Part shown: one piece after another, positions 26,572 to 38,084 of the stretch | Layout of the letters: each line of letters starts with the position of its first letter | Position numbering within the stretch: the first letter of the stretch is position 1 | Assembly: GCF_902459465.1 (NCBI RefSeq) | Contig: NC_047062.1 | Location: 22,568,001-22,632,000 of the forward strand | From: Asterias rubens | Taxonomy: Eukaryota | Length of the DNA stretch: 64,000 bases | Reading direction: 5' to 3' | Position numbers and translations under genes: made by a program | Notes under the pieces: model-generated | The model's database searches: none | What the model was told of the DNA's origin: nothing | The model's input: the letters and a program-made list of their open reading frames with translations, nothing else

Positions 26572-28200
26572 TTATAACGTGTATACTAGTTTGTGGAGCT
26601 GGTGTTCGGTAACTCCGTATAATAGGGAATTACCATTGTCAAGGCGAGAAGTGACCAAAGAATGAATGATAGTAGCAGCAGTTTTATGTGATAAGGTTTT
26701 TCGAGTTCTTAAGTAATAGTATGTCGATTGACAGATTCTGCTGACATGTTTATCCATAAATAGTGTGTTATCAAAAATAACTCCCAAATTACGCGCACAA
26801 GGTGAGGCGTGAATAGAGGCACTGTCAACATGGATGTTATGATTATAGATTTTATGGCGTTGATGTTTGGGAGTTATAATGAGAAATTCAGTTTTATCAT
26901 CATTTAGTTTTAGCTTGTTAATTGTCATCCACGACTTAATCTCAGATATGCAGGCTTCGGCACACTGGCGAGCCGATTCCTCACTATTGGGTTTGTTTAA
27001 ATCAAATGGTAAATAGAGCTGTGTGTCATCTGCATAGGCATGTACCCGCAAGCCATGTTTACGAGCAATATTGGCAATTGGGCCAGCATAGATTGTAAAA
27101 AGCAACGGCCCCAGAACTGATCCTTGGGGCACGCCGTAAGGGAGTGGATCAAAGTCAGACAGGACACCAGCAATGTTCACTGACTAGGTCCTGTTACTGA
27201 GATATGATTGTAGCCACTTCAGAGCTGAGCCCTTGACACCAATTGATGCAAGGCGAGAATAAAGTACGTCATGGTCAATGGTGTCAAAGGCTGCAGAAAG
27301 ATCAAGAAGAATAAGAAATACACCAAATTTTTCATCCAGTTCACATAAAATATCATTTTGTACTCTCAATAAAGCTGTTTCTGTACTGTGGAATTTTCTG
27401 TAAGCTGATTGAAAGTGTTCATATAGGTTGTTAGAAGATAAACGATCAATGAGCTGGCAAGCGACAGCCTTCTCAACAATTTTGGACACAAACTTTAAAT
27501 TGGAGACAGGACGGAAGTTCTTTAAAATTTCAGGGTCAAGTGATGGCTTTTTTAGGAGCGGTGTAACTAGTGCGTTTTTAAAATGGTTCGGGAAAATTGC
27601 TATTTCGAAAGAGTTATTCACAATCCTTGTGATCACAGGTGCCAATATATTTATATGGTCTTTAAGCATCCATGTTGGTACAGGATCCAAGACACACGAT
27701 TTAGATGGTGATCCAGAGATAAGTTTAGAAATCTCTGTTACACTAACAGGTCTGAAATGATCGAAAACTGGGGAAGTACATGTAGGGGGACCAGTATCTA
27801 ATGTGGGAGAAGACACTGGAACTATGTCTAGGCCTTGACGAATTGTGTGAATTTTTGTAATGAAATAATTGTTAAATCTTTTAGCAAGTTGAGATTGACA
27901 TGTATGTGAAGGTAGTTTCGCTTTCCCTTTTTGATGCAGCAAACTTTCAACAACTTTGAACAATTCTCGTTGGTCCTTGCACTGGGATACTTTGTTATGG
28001 TAGTAGTAGTCAAATTTAGCCTGGACAATCATATTAGTAACAACAAGACGCTGTGATTTAAAAAGTTGCCTATCAATTTCAAGTTTCAAAGTGCGCCATC
28101 GCCTCTCATATCTTTTCCTAAGCTTTTTTGCACTAAATACAGACATTACAGCTGCTGTTGGCCAGTTTCTACTAAGCAGGTTTCTTTCTGTGCTCAGCAA
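26572..28200 (-). mobile_element. L2/CR1-group LINE ORF2 fragment (reverse transcriptase), truncated at both ends, one in-frame nonsense codon
   Basis: Motifs NFRPVSNLKFVSKIVEK, QSAYRKFHSTETALL, LLDLSAAFDTIDH, GVPQGSVLGPLLFTIY, YADDTQLY, SRLDNGNSLLYG. The two ORFs share a frame: ...SNRT*SVNIAG (TAG at 27184-27186). Homology begins near AKKLRKRYERRWR (~28150) and ends at QLHKL (~26590). Confidence 0.95.
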
Positions 28201-28880
28201 GTTTTATAATCAAACAGTCCAAGGAGATAATAATCTAGCACTTCTGAGAAATTTCCCCTACAGGTAACTAGCTGCATGGCGATAGAGCTGGATAGTACAA
28301 TGACCAGGAAGTGTGCACAGCCCTTATACCTGACCTATACTCAAGATTCCATCAATGTTCGCATATCACTCACAAAAAAATAAATGAGAATTGTTCGGAC
28401 AGTTACGAGTGCATCCAGCTGACAGCGGTCAATCCGGTGTTCAGGCCATACTCGAGAGTGGGTATGATGTGTTAAGAGTGCATGCTTGTCAATCGATGAA
28501 CAAATCACAGTGTTTGTTTCCATGCAATCCCAATCTAGTAGGACGTGTGTGCCAATCATACTTATTTCCATCATTTGTTGAAGTCCACTATAAGATGTGG
28601 AGGGTTTCTGTTTGACAATACTTGAGGCCCAGGCCCTAGTCGCAAAGGTGACATGGTCATTTAAAATGATGATTTATTTATTTTAGTGTATTTCTTTCAC
28701 CCCTACAGCCTGGTTCTGTACTTCCTGCGAGTGTGAAGCGAATTTGAGACACAACTTTGTTTTCACCATTTCATATTGTTCACTGCGAATTTGTGGCGTC
28801 AAATTTGCATCGCATTCGCAGGAAGTATGGATCTGGCTTTATTAAGGAAATGTTATACCTATGGTGTGAACAAAGGGACA

Positions 28881-28985
28881 GGGATTCAAATCTGCAATCT
28901 CCAGATTAACGTGCCGGTGCTCTACCAACTGAGCTATCTAGCCCTACGATGGTGGTATCCCTATATTGTCAATATCTTTGTGAAG
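28881..28985 (-). mobile_element. tRNA-derived SINE-like head with conserved 5' extension
   Basis: Minus: agggctagatagctcagttggtagagcaccggcacgttaatctggagattgcagatttgaatccc (A-box good, B-box decayed); sister at 41691-41815. Does not form a complete cloverleaf. Confidence 0.7.
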
Positions 28986-29170
28986 ATATTTGTTGTTGTT
29001 TTGTAAAGATTTTCATAGAAATATTATTGCAATTGGTTGTTTATATTTGTAAACAGAACTTTCCTGATGTTTATTTTGCATGAAACTTTGAAGTAAGTAA
29101 ACAAATACAAAAGCCAGAGCAGCAGAAAGTCATTAGAACTTAAAATTAAAATAAATAAATGAAACCATAC

Positions 29171-29227
29171 CAGTTTAGAAACACCTCTGGCAAAGTCAAG
29201 CATTCTTGCCAAAACCTGTAGTGATGG
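29171..29227 (-). CDS. Candidate upstream exon of the same kinase (end of subdomain V)
   Basis: Acceptor ttgttgtctttgctaattattcactgcag, 57-nt open phase-0/0 exon PSLQVLARMLDFARGVSKL, donor GTATGG. Joins in frame to KLELVRKVA, giving PSL-x10-RGVS..LELVRKVA, which loosely parallels DYRK MNL-x9-QGFS-LPLVRKFA. Similarity is weak and could be chance. Confidence 0.35.
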
Positions 29228-29539
29228 CTGCAGTGAATAATTAGCAAAGACAACAACATCAAGTTACAAATTTAATGCATCATAAACTGCCACAACTCAT
29301 TTCGAGCCACTACACACACACAGACAAATATAAACAAGGATTCATCCTTAGTACTGCAATAAGAGATAAACAAAAACAGCATTAACTTTCCCAATGACCT
29401 GGTTTCCTGATTATTGATTCAATATTTTCCCCTACTAGTCCTCGTAACACTGCCTAACGAACAACGTCTACGTAAGTAATAGCCTCTAATGATATCACAA
29501 CCTCCAAGCTTGGCTGCCAAGGCTAAAATGATCAGCTGG

Positions 29540-29850
29540 CGTTTTTCATTTAGCATGGTCGGTCAGTCGGGCCGGTCGGCCGTCGTCGTGAAATACACTC
29601 CACCCAAACTCCCAGGTCAGCCATAAAACACAGATGGAAAAGGGAAAAAAAAAAAAAAAAAAAAATGCTTCAATGACGAATCTTCTTGCTTGCTCGCTCG
29701 CGCTCAGAGAGCCACTGTATGGCCATGTCACATGATGCTGTCACATGATGTCAGACTTAATATCGCCGCGAGCTTCGAGAGTTGTCCCGTGGGAAATTCA
29801 TTTGATGGCCCGAGAGTCCATCGCATGCGGCAATCTCTCGGAATACAAAG
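29540..29850. promoter_or_regulatory. CpG-rich candidate cis-regulatory element
   Basis: Local CpG/GC enrichment; tandem GTCACATGAT (TCATGTGAC on minus; M-box/CLEAR-like) at 29727 and 29740; CGTGGGAA (CSL/Su(H) consensus) at 29788. Motif matches only. Confidence 0.35.
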
Positions 29851-30854
29851 ATCTTCAAATTACTGGACAGTTCTGGTGTTTATTCTACAGTGATATTAAA
29901 GAAGGGTGAAATTTAATGTGGCTTATAGATAGCTCTTAAAAATTGCCTCCCTTAGTTTTCAAACAGCCTTTGAGTGTTCATTACAGAGGTTCTCACTGTT
30001 TAATGATATATAAATGTATACTATTTGACTTGGATTTTCTTTAATGGAAACAATTGTTTATTCTATTTAAGAAGATTTAGTTTACATTCCAAGCTCTTTG
30101 CCTACCCTGGAGCTGTGTGAGTAAAGCTATCAGAGACTTAAAGCAATAGGTTTGATAAAACTTCTGGTCAAATGTAAAAAAAAAAAAAAAACCAGTCACA
30201 TCTTCTATAAGTTTTATCCTTAGCAGACTTTATAAATTTGAAGTTTAATGCTTTCCAATATCTTGGAAGCCTGTAAAAGTTGTTCCAATATAATAAGGAT
30301 TAGAGTGAGTGATAGCGGTCTAGCATCATTTGTCTAGTCTTTTCCACATCTATTTTTACATTGTCAGTGTTTTCTTTTCACTTAGTGATTTCCTTAAGTG
30401 TGTAATTTATTGAATCTGTGGGGTGAAATAAAAAAATAACAATAATAATGGAAGTGCGTGACAAAATTTATCACTCACTGATGTAATAAGGCCCTTCACA
30501 GATATATTTTTAATTCAATCAATATGAAGAGAGTAGCGAGTCATGAGGCGATACTGATTTCAATCTAGGACATCCATTGGTCTAAAGCAAGAGTATTTGA
30601 AACTCTCGCAGGCGTAAAGACGGTTGCCTAGCAATCAGTGCTGTAATTCAGACTCCAAAACAGGAGACTTGGATTTCTGACACCAAAATCCAGGGGGTAA
30701 AAAAATCATTTCTCAGGGTCAGCCTTGAGACCAAGACTATTTATTCTTCACATATTATATATAATAAAAAATAAAAAAATAAAAAAAACCTGGCTGTGAT
30801 GGGAGGTTTTGTATTTCTCTAAACCAGTAGCTTCTTGGTAATATATAGGATTTG

Positions 30855-31010
30855 AGGCATTGCATGGTGAGGTATCAATATATATTTGGTTTGTGGTAAC
30901 GCCATGTGTGTATCTACTTGCCAGGTAGAGTTTGATCTTAAAGAACTGTCTTTCTTTATTCTACTACCGCCGAGTAGATTGTTCGGGTGTTCAGGAGACT
31001 TCTCAGTTCT
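30855..31010 (-). mobile_element. Dispersed repeat family sharing the catggtgttaccgcaaacc-type tail (probable Penelope-like relic)
   Basis: aggcattgcatggtgaggtatcaat..ggtttgtggtaacgccatgt..ggagacttctcagttc; homologous to ~35915-36080 (minus) and to gaactgagaagtctcccga at ~46943-46960 (plus). Confidence 0.5.
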
Positions 31011-31360
31011 TGGTAATACTTTTACAATAAAGAAATATTTAGTTGCTTTTAAATATAAAGATATTTAGTAACTCTTGGCCATGTCTATCTACATGTATAT
31101 GTGTGACTTTAAGGCATGCCCACCTCACACAAATTGGCTTACCCATTATAACAAAAAGCCCACAGGAAGTGCATTGAGCTAGTTTGGACTTTGACCATAA
31201 CACATCTGCGCTGCAAAAACTCATCGTTCCACTAGCAACTACCAAACATTGCACTGGAATGATGGAAGTTAGTTCAAGTTAGGGTAAAATTAGACACAAA
31301 ACTTGGGCCAGCTTTGAAGCCTAAAGAATCAAAGGCCTGCAGCAGAGGAAAGCACGATGT

Positions 31361-31543
31361 ACATGTATTGAATCACCAACATTGATGCACAAGCAGGAAA
31401 TGATTTCATGCAGTAACTTTGCATCTAGCAAAATATTTAGCCAGTTATGCACATGTATTGAATCACCAACATTGATGCACAAGCAGGAAATGATTTCATG
31501 CAGTAACTTTGCATCTAGCAAAATATTTAGCCAGTTATGCACA
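31361..31543. repeat. Perfect 90-bp tandem duplication
   Basis: acatgtattgaatcaccaac...ccagttatgc identical at 31361 and 31451. Confidence 0.95.
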
Positions 31544-32114
31544 ATAAATGCTAATGTAGAGTAGTAAGTAGTGTCTTTTTGAGTAGCAACAACAATTTTT
31601 TTAGAAGCATTTTCCTATGCTGCAAGTCTGTACTTCTTTCTCATAGCAAAGCCACCTAAACTGCAAGTAACATTTATCAAATCAGTTTTAAGTAAACCTC
31701 AGACCATAAAAAAAAAAATCAACACTTGTAATTAAACTTCGCATGTTTAGAGTGACGGCAAAGTTTCTTGAACCAAAGAATAACAAGGTTATTGCAAATT
31801 CTGGGAAAACTAGGTTAGCTAAACCAAATAATCACTACTGCCAATGAAATGACGTCAAAGTGTGTGGATCGGGATTACAGCAGAATTGGCCAAGATATCC
31901 AAGGGTAATTTGGTGTATGAGGTTCATTAGTCTTAGCGTACGAAATACTGTCTTTCCATTACGCAGTCCCTGATTTAGGTCCCTGGTAATCCGAGGGTTT
32001 AGAAAAAAACAATCCCAATTAGTTCAAAATTAAGTGCAGGCTACGTACGTCATCTGCAAGTGGTGGGTGGGGGTGGGGTTAAGGAGGGAGGGGAAGGGGG
32101 TTTATTTGAGTTAA

Positions 32115-32489
32115 AGGCACTGGACACTATTGGTAATTGTCGAAGACCAGTATTTTCACTTAGTGTATCTCAACATGCACAAAATAACAAACCTGTGAAA
32201 ATTTGAACTCAATTGGTCGTTGAAGTTGCGAGATAATAATGGAAGAAAAAACACTCTTGTCACACGAAGTTGTGTGGTTTCAGATGCTTGATTCCGGGAC
32301 TTCCAAATCTAATTCTGAGGTCTCGAAATCAAATTCGTGGAAAAGTACTTCTTTCTCGAAAACTACATTACTTCCAGGGAGCCGTTTCTCACAATATTTT
32401 ATACTATCAACAGCTCTACATTGCTTGTTACCAAATAAGTTTTTATGCCAACAATTATTTTGAGTAATTACCAATCGTGTCCAGTGCCT
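32115..32489. mobile_element. MITE family A copy (near full length)
   Basis: ttaa|aggcactggacac ... gtgtccagtgcct|ttaa. Confidence 0.88.
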
Positions 32490-34241
32490 TTAAAACAAGC
32501 TCTCAGGGAAGCATGATCCCCCCCCCCCCTACGACCCTGATGGAATTGCTGACATAGGATGAAAGAAGTTTTAGTAATCAGCTAATAGTGATGATTTTTA
32601 AACCCTGGGTACACGTACGCTGCTCTACCTTTATAATGAATTCCCTTCTCATCCCCCCCCCCCCCCCCCCCCGCGCGATCGTATCACACGGTGCTCTGAG
32701 CTTCAGAGCTGCTGCACCCAGCGGGCATCGTTAATGGGTAATGATGCAAAAACATCCACAGTCTGGTCCATTCCCCCTATCCAATGACTACTTTTCTTTT
32801 TCCTCAAAGACCAAAAAATTAAGTTATATAAATAAACTTAATAAGGAAGTAAAAATACACCTGTGTTTATCCCACTGGGAGCCTTGACTATCCCATCTCC
32901 CTGATAAAAAATAACGCAGCCAAACTTCCGCTTCATGATGAAATAACACAAACCCATTCATCATCCAAACCATACTAACAATCATAGCTCTCTCCCCCAT
33001 GTCCCCCCTACCCCACCCCTCCATCTCATAACAGCGCTTTATAACCTAACCCTCCCCATGGAGTTATCGAGTGTTGAAGTCAAACTGCCAGGGTAGGCGC
33101 TTAACAAAGAGTGCCTTTGCACTTTCCAGTTTCTTTCATCACCAATGTGACCTTTTCTTAAAAGCATCTTATACCCTTAGGACGAATGAAGAATATTACA
33201 CTCTGTGTAGTGCAGGCAGATGAGATCACAATGTCACAACTCTCTCTTTTTTCTGAGGGTGATGATTATTTAGCATTCATCAGCAGCCAGGCCATCTTCG
33301 CCTTATTACCTGAATGAAATCACTGTTAAAGGCACTGCAGCCTATTTCACAACACACTAGGATTAATCCGATCTTGAGTTATGACCAGTAACTCATCCTT
33401 ACTCCCTCTGAAGTAACGTAGTCTTTGAGAAAGAGATTACTCTCACTCAAATATCAAAAGACTTCAGGTCCTTTTTTAGGCACCTTAACCACACAAGTTT
33501 GTGCAAAAAGGGTGTTTTCTCTCTCATTATTTTATTGCAACTTGCATAATGGAGGCAATGAAAGGCCTTTATGCCCCTGGCCATCGATGATTGCCCTAGG
33601 CCATCAATGATTGCCCTAGTGCCCTAGTGAAATATACCCGTACAAATTGAAACGCTCCAAATATAGGTGCCCTACATCACAAACAAAACCATCCTTGCCC
33701 TTCAAAGAGCTAAGTTTCAGACATGGACCCCTAGGGAGCACCCTAAGTGATACAAAGGGGATGCCTTTTATACAAGACTCTCCCCAGTCGAGTTCATCAA
33801 CTCCTAAATTTCATTTTACAATTCCGGCAATTTATTTTACTGGTTCTCAAATTTCTTTGAAATGAGGATGCAACCTAATGGAATCAGCATGCTTCATGGT
33901 CAGACTTCTCTATTGTGTGAGAACAAAGACCTAACATGTTCATGATTTGTTCCCAACTTGATGTACGGTTCGATCGGAAATAAAGCGGAAATAAAGTATT
34001 CATGGATTAATTATGATGTATAATCAGTGGAAGCATCATTTCACTCAATTAGCGATTGTGTGGGATCCAGAGTGGGTGTGGTTTGACGCAAATTAACATA
34101 TCACCTATACACGGCCAAACAACTTTTCATTCTGACAATGCAGGTGAATGACCAACAAACAGACAATAGAAGACAAAAAACTGGAGGAAAAAGAGGAATT
34201 TGAAGAAGCTGGCAGCATCTTGGATAACCCTAGGACTTCAA

Positions 34242-34631
34242 AGGGTTTTGATACCTTTTGTAGATCTAGTTTTTGGCCATGACGCTAACCCCTCCTACTG
34301 ATACTCACTGCGAATGAAGATGTTTGTTATATAATTTTCCTGAACAAGTTTCAGCTTCGTTAGTCATCAGGTTTTTGAGAAAACAAGTGAAAATCACAGA
34401 GCTATTATTTCAGCAGAGTCGCGTAAATACGATGTACATCCCTGAATAATTTTCGTCTCCTGAGACAAATTTTTTTCTCTGAATTTGTTTTGCTCGTAAC
34501 ACAAAAACTACAGCACCTCAGCAAGTAATATTTCAAGGGAAGCTTTCTACCATCATTATCTTCAAGCTGTGTAAATTTAATGTAAATCTGTGGACATTAT
34601 GTTTTGTGTTGTACAAAAAGTAGCCAACCCT
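34242..34631. mobile_element. Second TTAA/AGG-terminated MITE family (TIR AGGGTT(T/G)GG(G/C)TACTTTTTGT)
   Basis: agggttttgataccttttgta ... tacaaaaagtagccaaccct|ttaa; a partial copy in opposite orientation lies at 1836-~2150. Confidence 0.8.
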
Positions 34632-37159
34632 TTAAGAAGTTGGCAGCATCTTGGATAACCCTTGGACTTTAAGAGTAGGAGAAGCCGAAGTGACTTTGTT
34701 TAGTGGTTGCGTGCCTGCGTAAGACGCTTGGAATCGTTCATCCATTAATGAACAATGACTCAAGGTCAGACTCTTGAGAGAAAAACTACAGAAGTTCACA
34801 AATTTCTTTACGGTCATCAAATTCTAAGATGAGGAGAAATCAGATAGAAATAAAGAGGCAGGGGGAGGGTGTGCTGATGGGAGGAAAATGTTAAAATGAG
34901 GACATTTTAAGAGCTGCCAATTACTGGTGCAATCTTTTTTTCAACGGGCACAGCTTGTTTTGTATGCTTAATATATTTGTGGGCTTTTATTGATTCATCA
35001 TTAACAATTTGAATGAGTGCAAATAAAGTTAAAGTGTTTAGTTTTCAAGAGTGAACCTGTTGCTCTCTTTCTTTGCTACGTTTTTCAAGAAATCATGTCT
35101 TGTCAGTTGAAAACAAAAGAAATACTGACGATGATTTGGGCCTGTTGATAGAGCTGCTTAAGAAGAAAATAATGCTTAGCAAAAATGAGCAGGATTACAC
35201 TCACAGATGATAAAATTTGGCATGGTATTTTGTCCAATCCAAACTTTCCAGCCAATCAGCCAACAACTAATTCAAACTTTCAAGCTAATCAGCCATCAAC
35301 CAATCAAAACTTGTCAGACAATCAGCCACCAGCCAATCAGCCATGATGCAAAAATAACAAAAGAAACAACATTCCTTAGAATCAAGCATTATTAAATCCA
35401 AATCTACACTCTGTGGACAATTTCTAAGGGTCACAAATAAACAGGTTGCGCAAAAAAGAGAGATAAATTTTCTAAAGGTATTCATAGACACATCCTGGTT
35501 ACCAGCATGAGGGGATATAATACAAACAAAAGAACCAATTTCCCATGAAATTGTCTGGTCAAAATGGTCATCTATTTGGTAAGTTTACTTTACAAATTAT
35601 ATGAACAAATATACTTAAGGTTGTCACGGTGTGTAACCAAAACAAAATTTCAAACCTTCAAATTGTCTGACAGTGTGAAAGAAAAAAAAATTGATGTGTT
35701 CCGATCATCTTTTTATAGAAAAAAAAAACAAAGAAGAGGAAATGATGGCTTCAGGACTAGAAGGGCAAGGACTTTTTCATTTTGCAAAGGGCTCTTCCAT
35801 TGAAAAATCTTAAAGTCAATTGAAAACCGAATAGGGGCACCAAGGCAAAGACCAGGGGCAATGGAGGCCACGGGTGGCCGCTGTGGCCTGCATGTAATTC
35901 AAGACCTGTGGTTTTTAGGCATTGTATGGTGAGGTATCAATGTGTATTTGGTTTGTGGTATTACACAACATTTGTATATCTACTTTGCTGTGTACATTTG
36001 TCTTTGAGAATTTTCTTGCTTTTACTTGCTTTCGTAGAGTAGATTTCGGAATTTGGGGATATTTCTTAGTCCCAAAAAGAACTGCCCTGTCCATGGGGGT
36101 TGAAAGGGGGAATAAGGGCCAGAATTGGTCTGCGGTTGTAACGTTTCAAGGGGTCACTCCTTTACCAAAGAGAATATGCCTTGGTGCCCTTGCCCTTTCA
36201 AAAACAAAGCATACATGCCTGGGTCAATATACACTCTTGAATCACAAATGCATCAGTAAGAGTCAGGAACCACAAGGAGTCAAGAAACTTAGACCATGGT
36301 TTCCTGGGTTAATGGCTTTGCCTCAATCTTGTTAACAAAATTACACAATATACAAGTGAACGATGACTGCTGTCGGAAAGAATTTTGCTCAATCAAACTC
36401 CTTGAACACAGACGTGTCTTTGTCATACCGAGAAGCGGCAACATTTACTATAAAATTACTTTCCACCGTTTCCCTTTGTGGTGTTGCCAGGAGCCGCTGT
36501 GAGGTCTGGGCTGTAAATCACTTAAAGATGGGCAAAAGAGAATCGCTTCTTGTTCATATAATTGCAAAGGCCGCGCCTGCTAACTGACAATGCTGTGATG
36601 AACACGAAACACAAACAGACTGCAGATAGCACGTACTTATCAGCCGAAGAAGAGGGGAGAAATAAAGCACCTCAAATGCAATTTGCATCTTTGTGTAGCA
36701 TCACGAGCAATTTAATTGCACCAAGGTTCTAATAACTCCTCAATACTACGTTGGCCATTTTTGACATCCCTACCTTGGAATGGTCATTGACTTTAATACA
36801 AACAGAATGACAGTTATTACTGCGTATCAATTAGTGGGATTGCTTCGGGATTGGACGGCAATTCATCAAGTCGGGGGAGAGAGCCCGGAGATGGCGTTAG
36901 TCACAAAATGTGTTAAGAAAGTGGTAACCCTATCCTCATCCTGCTCGCTCCATTAACAACGGGTTGCCACATCTCTTACAAGGCAATCAGGACTCGCTGC
37001 CGTTAACCCCAAAAATAGGCCACCATCCTTTTTAAGCCCTACATTTTTTATTGACGCTAAAAGAAAAACCTGCTCTCGGAAATGAGTGATGACATTCTGA
37101 AATGTATTCATTTGTTTTACATCAGATTATTAACTTTTGGTCCTATCACCATTCACAAT

Positions 37160-37270
37160 GAGAGGTTTGCGATAACACCTTGTGAATACCTCTTTTTGAG
37201 AAGTGTTGCCGGTGGTTAACGACTCAGCGTTTCGATCAGTATGCTCTGATCATCTTCACGATTGAGTGTC
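37160..37270 (-). mobile_element. Penelope-like terminal-repeat relic with degenerate minimal hammerhead ribozyme
   Basis: Minus strand: actc-aatc-GTGAAGA-t-GATCAG-agcata-CTGATC-GAAAC-gct-gagt, followed by a tail ending caaggtgttatcgcaaacctctc that is shared with 59640-59722. Penelope assignment rests on the known association of minimal hammerheads with PLE repeats. Confidence 0.6.
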
Positions 37271-37559
37271 TTGACTAATTATTACTGGTACATGGTGCAA
37301 TGAAGAGGTGTTGAATCTGAGGCAGGAGGAGAGCCTATTGATTTTTTCTGGGTGTTTCATCTAGCCGTCTGGAGATTATTTTGGTACAATTTATGTAATC
37401 ACCGCCCGCATGATATCGGCATCAATCAAAGTATTTCAGAAATGTTTTAAAAATTTATTGTCGCGATACACAACTTTATTTGGATAGGCGAGGGTGATTA
37501 TGTATACACATTCAAACTGGGGACCTATAACAAAAGAGGACATTAGGGTTCACACAGTT

Positions 37560-37945
37560 GGTAAACGTGTACAAAACCAATGGGAGCTGTTGCAGATAAG
37601 TTATGAGGGTCACTAGGAGGTCCAAGGTTGCGGGTGTATGCACAATAGGTCCTCACTAGTCGGTTCTTTGTTTTAAAGTGTCCTCACTAGTCATTTGTGT
37701 ACAAAACCAATGGCGATTGCTTCAATATAGGAACAACAGAAAGTACAATAGGTGTCCTCTAACGTAATGGACAAACACGACTGTGTGTATGCAATAGGTC
37801 CTCACTAGTCAGTTCTTTGTTTTCATGGGTCCTCACTAGTCATTTGTGTACAACACCAATAGGGATTGCTTCCATATAGGAACAACAGAAAGTACAATAG
37901 GTGTCCTCTTAAGAAATGGTCAAACACGACTGTGTGTGTGCGTGG
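37560..37945. repeat. Tandem repeat, ~150-bp unit, about 2.5 copies
   Basis: aataggtcctcactagtc..gtcctcactagtcatttgtgtacaa..ataggaacaacagaaagtacaataggtgtcctct repeated. Confidence 0.85.
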
Positions 37946-38084
37946 GTGGTTGAACCAGTTGAACTTCTAATGACTTTCAGGGTTTCCACTTCTTGAAGTT
38001 TACAAACTGATATAGGCCCAATTTCATGAGGCCATTATGCAGAAATAAACTGCTTGACAAATTTCTTTGCTAAGCAAATATTTA

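Noticed and set aside
28881-28945. Functional tRNA genes (also 41691, 47092, 19683)
   Set aside because: A/B boxes present but acceptor and T stems do not pair; SINE-like derivatives.
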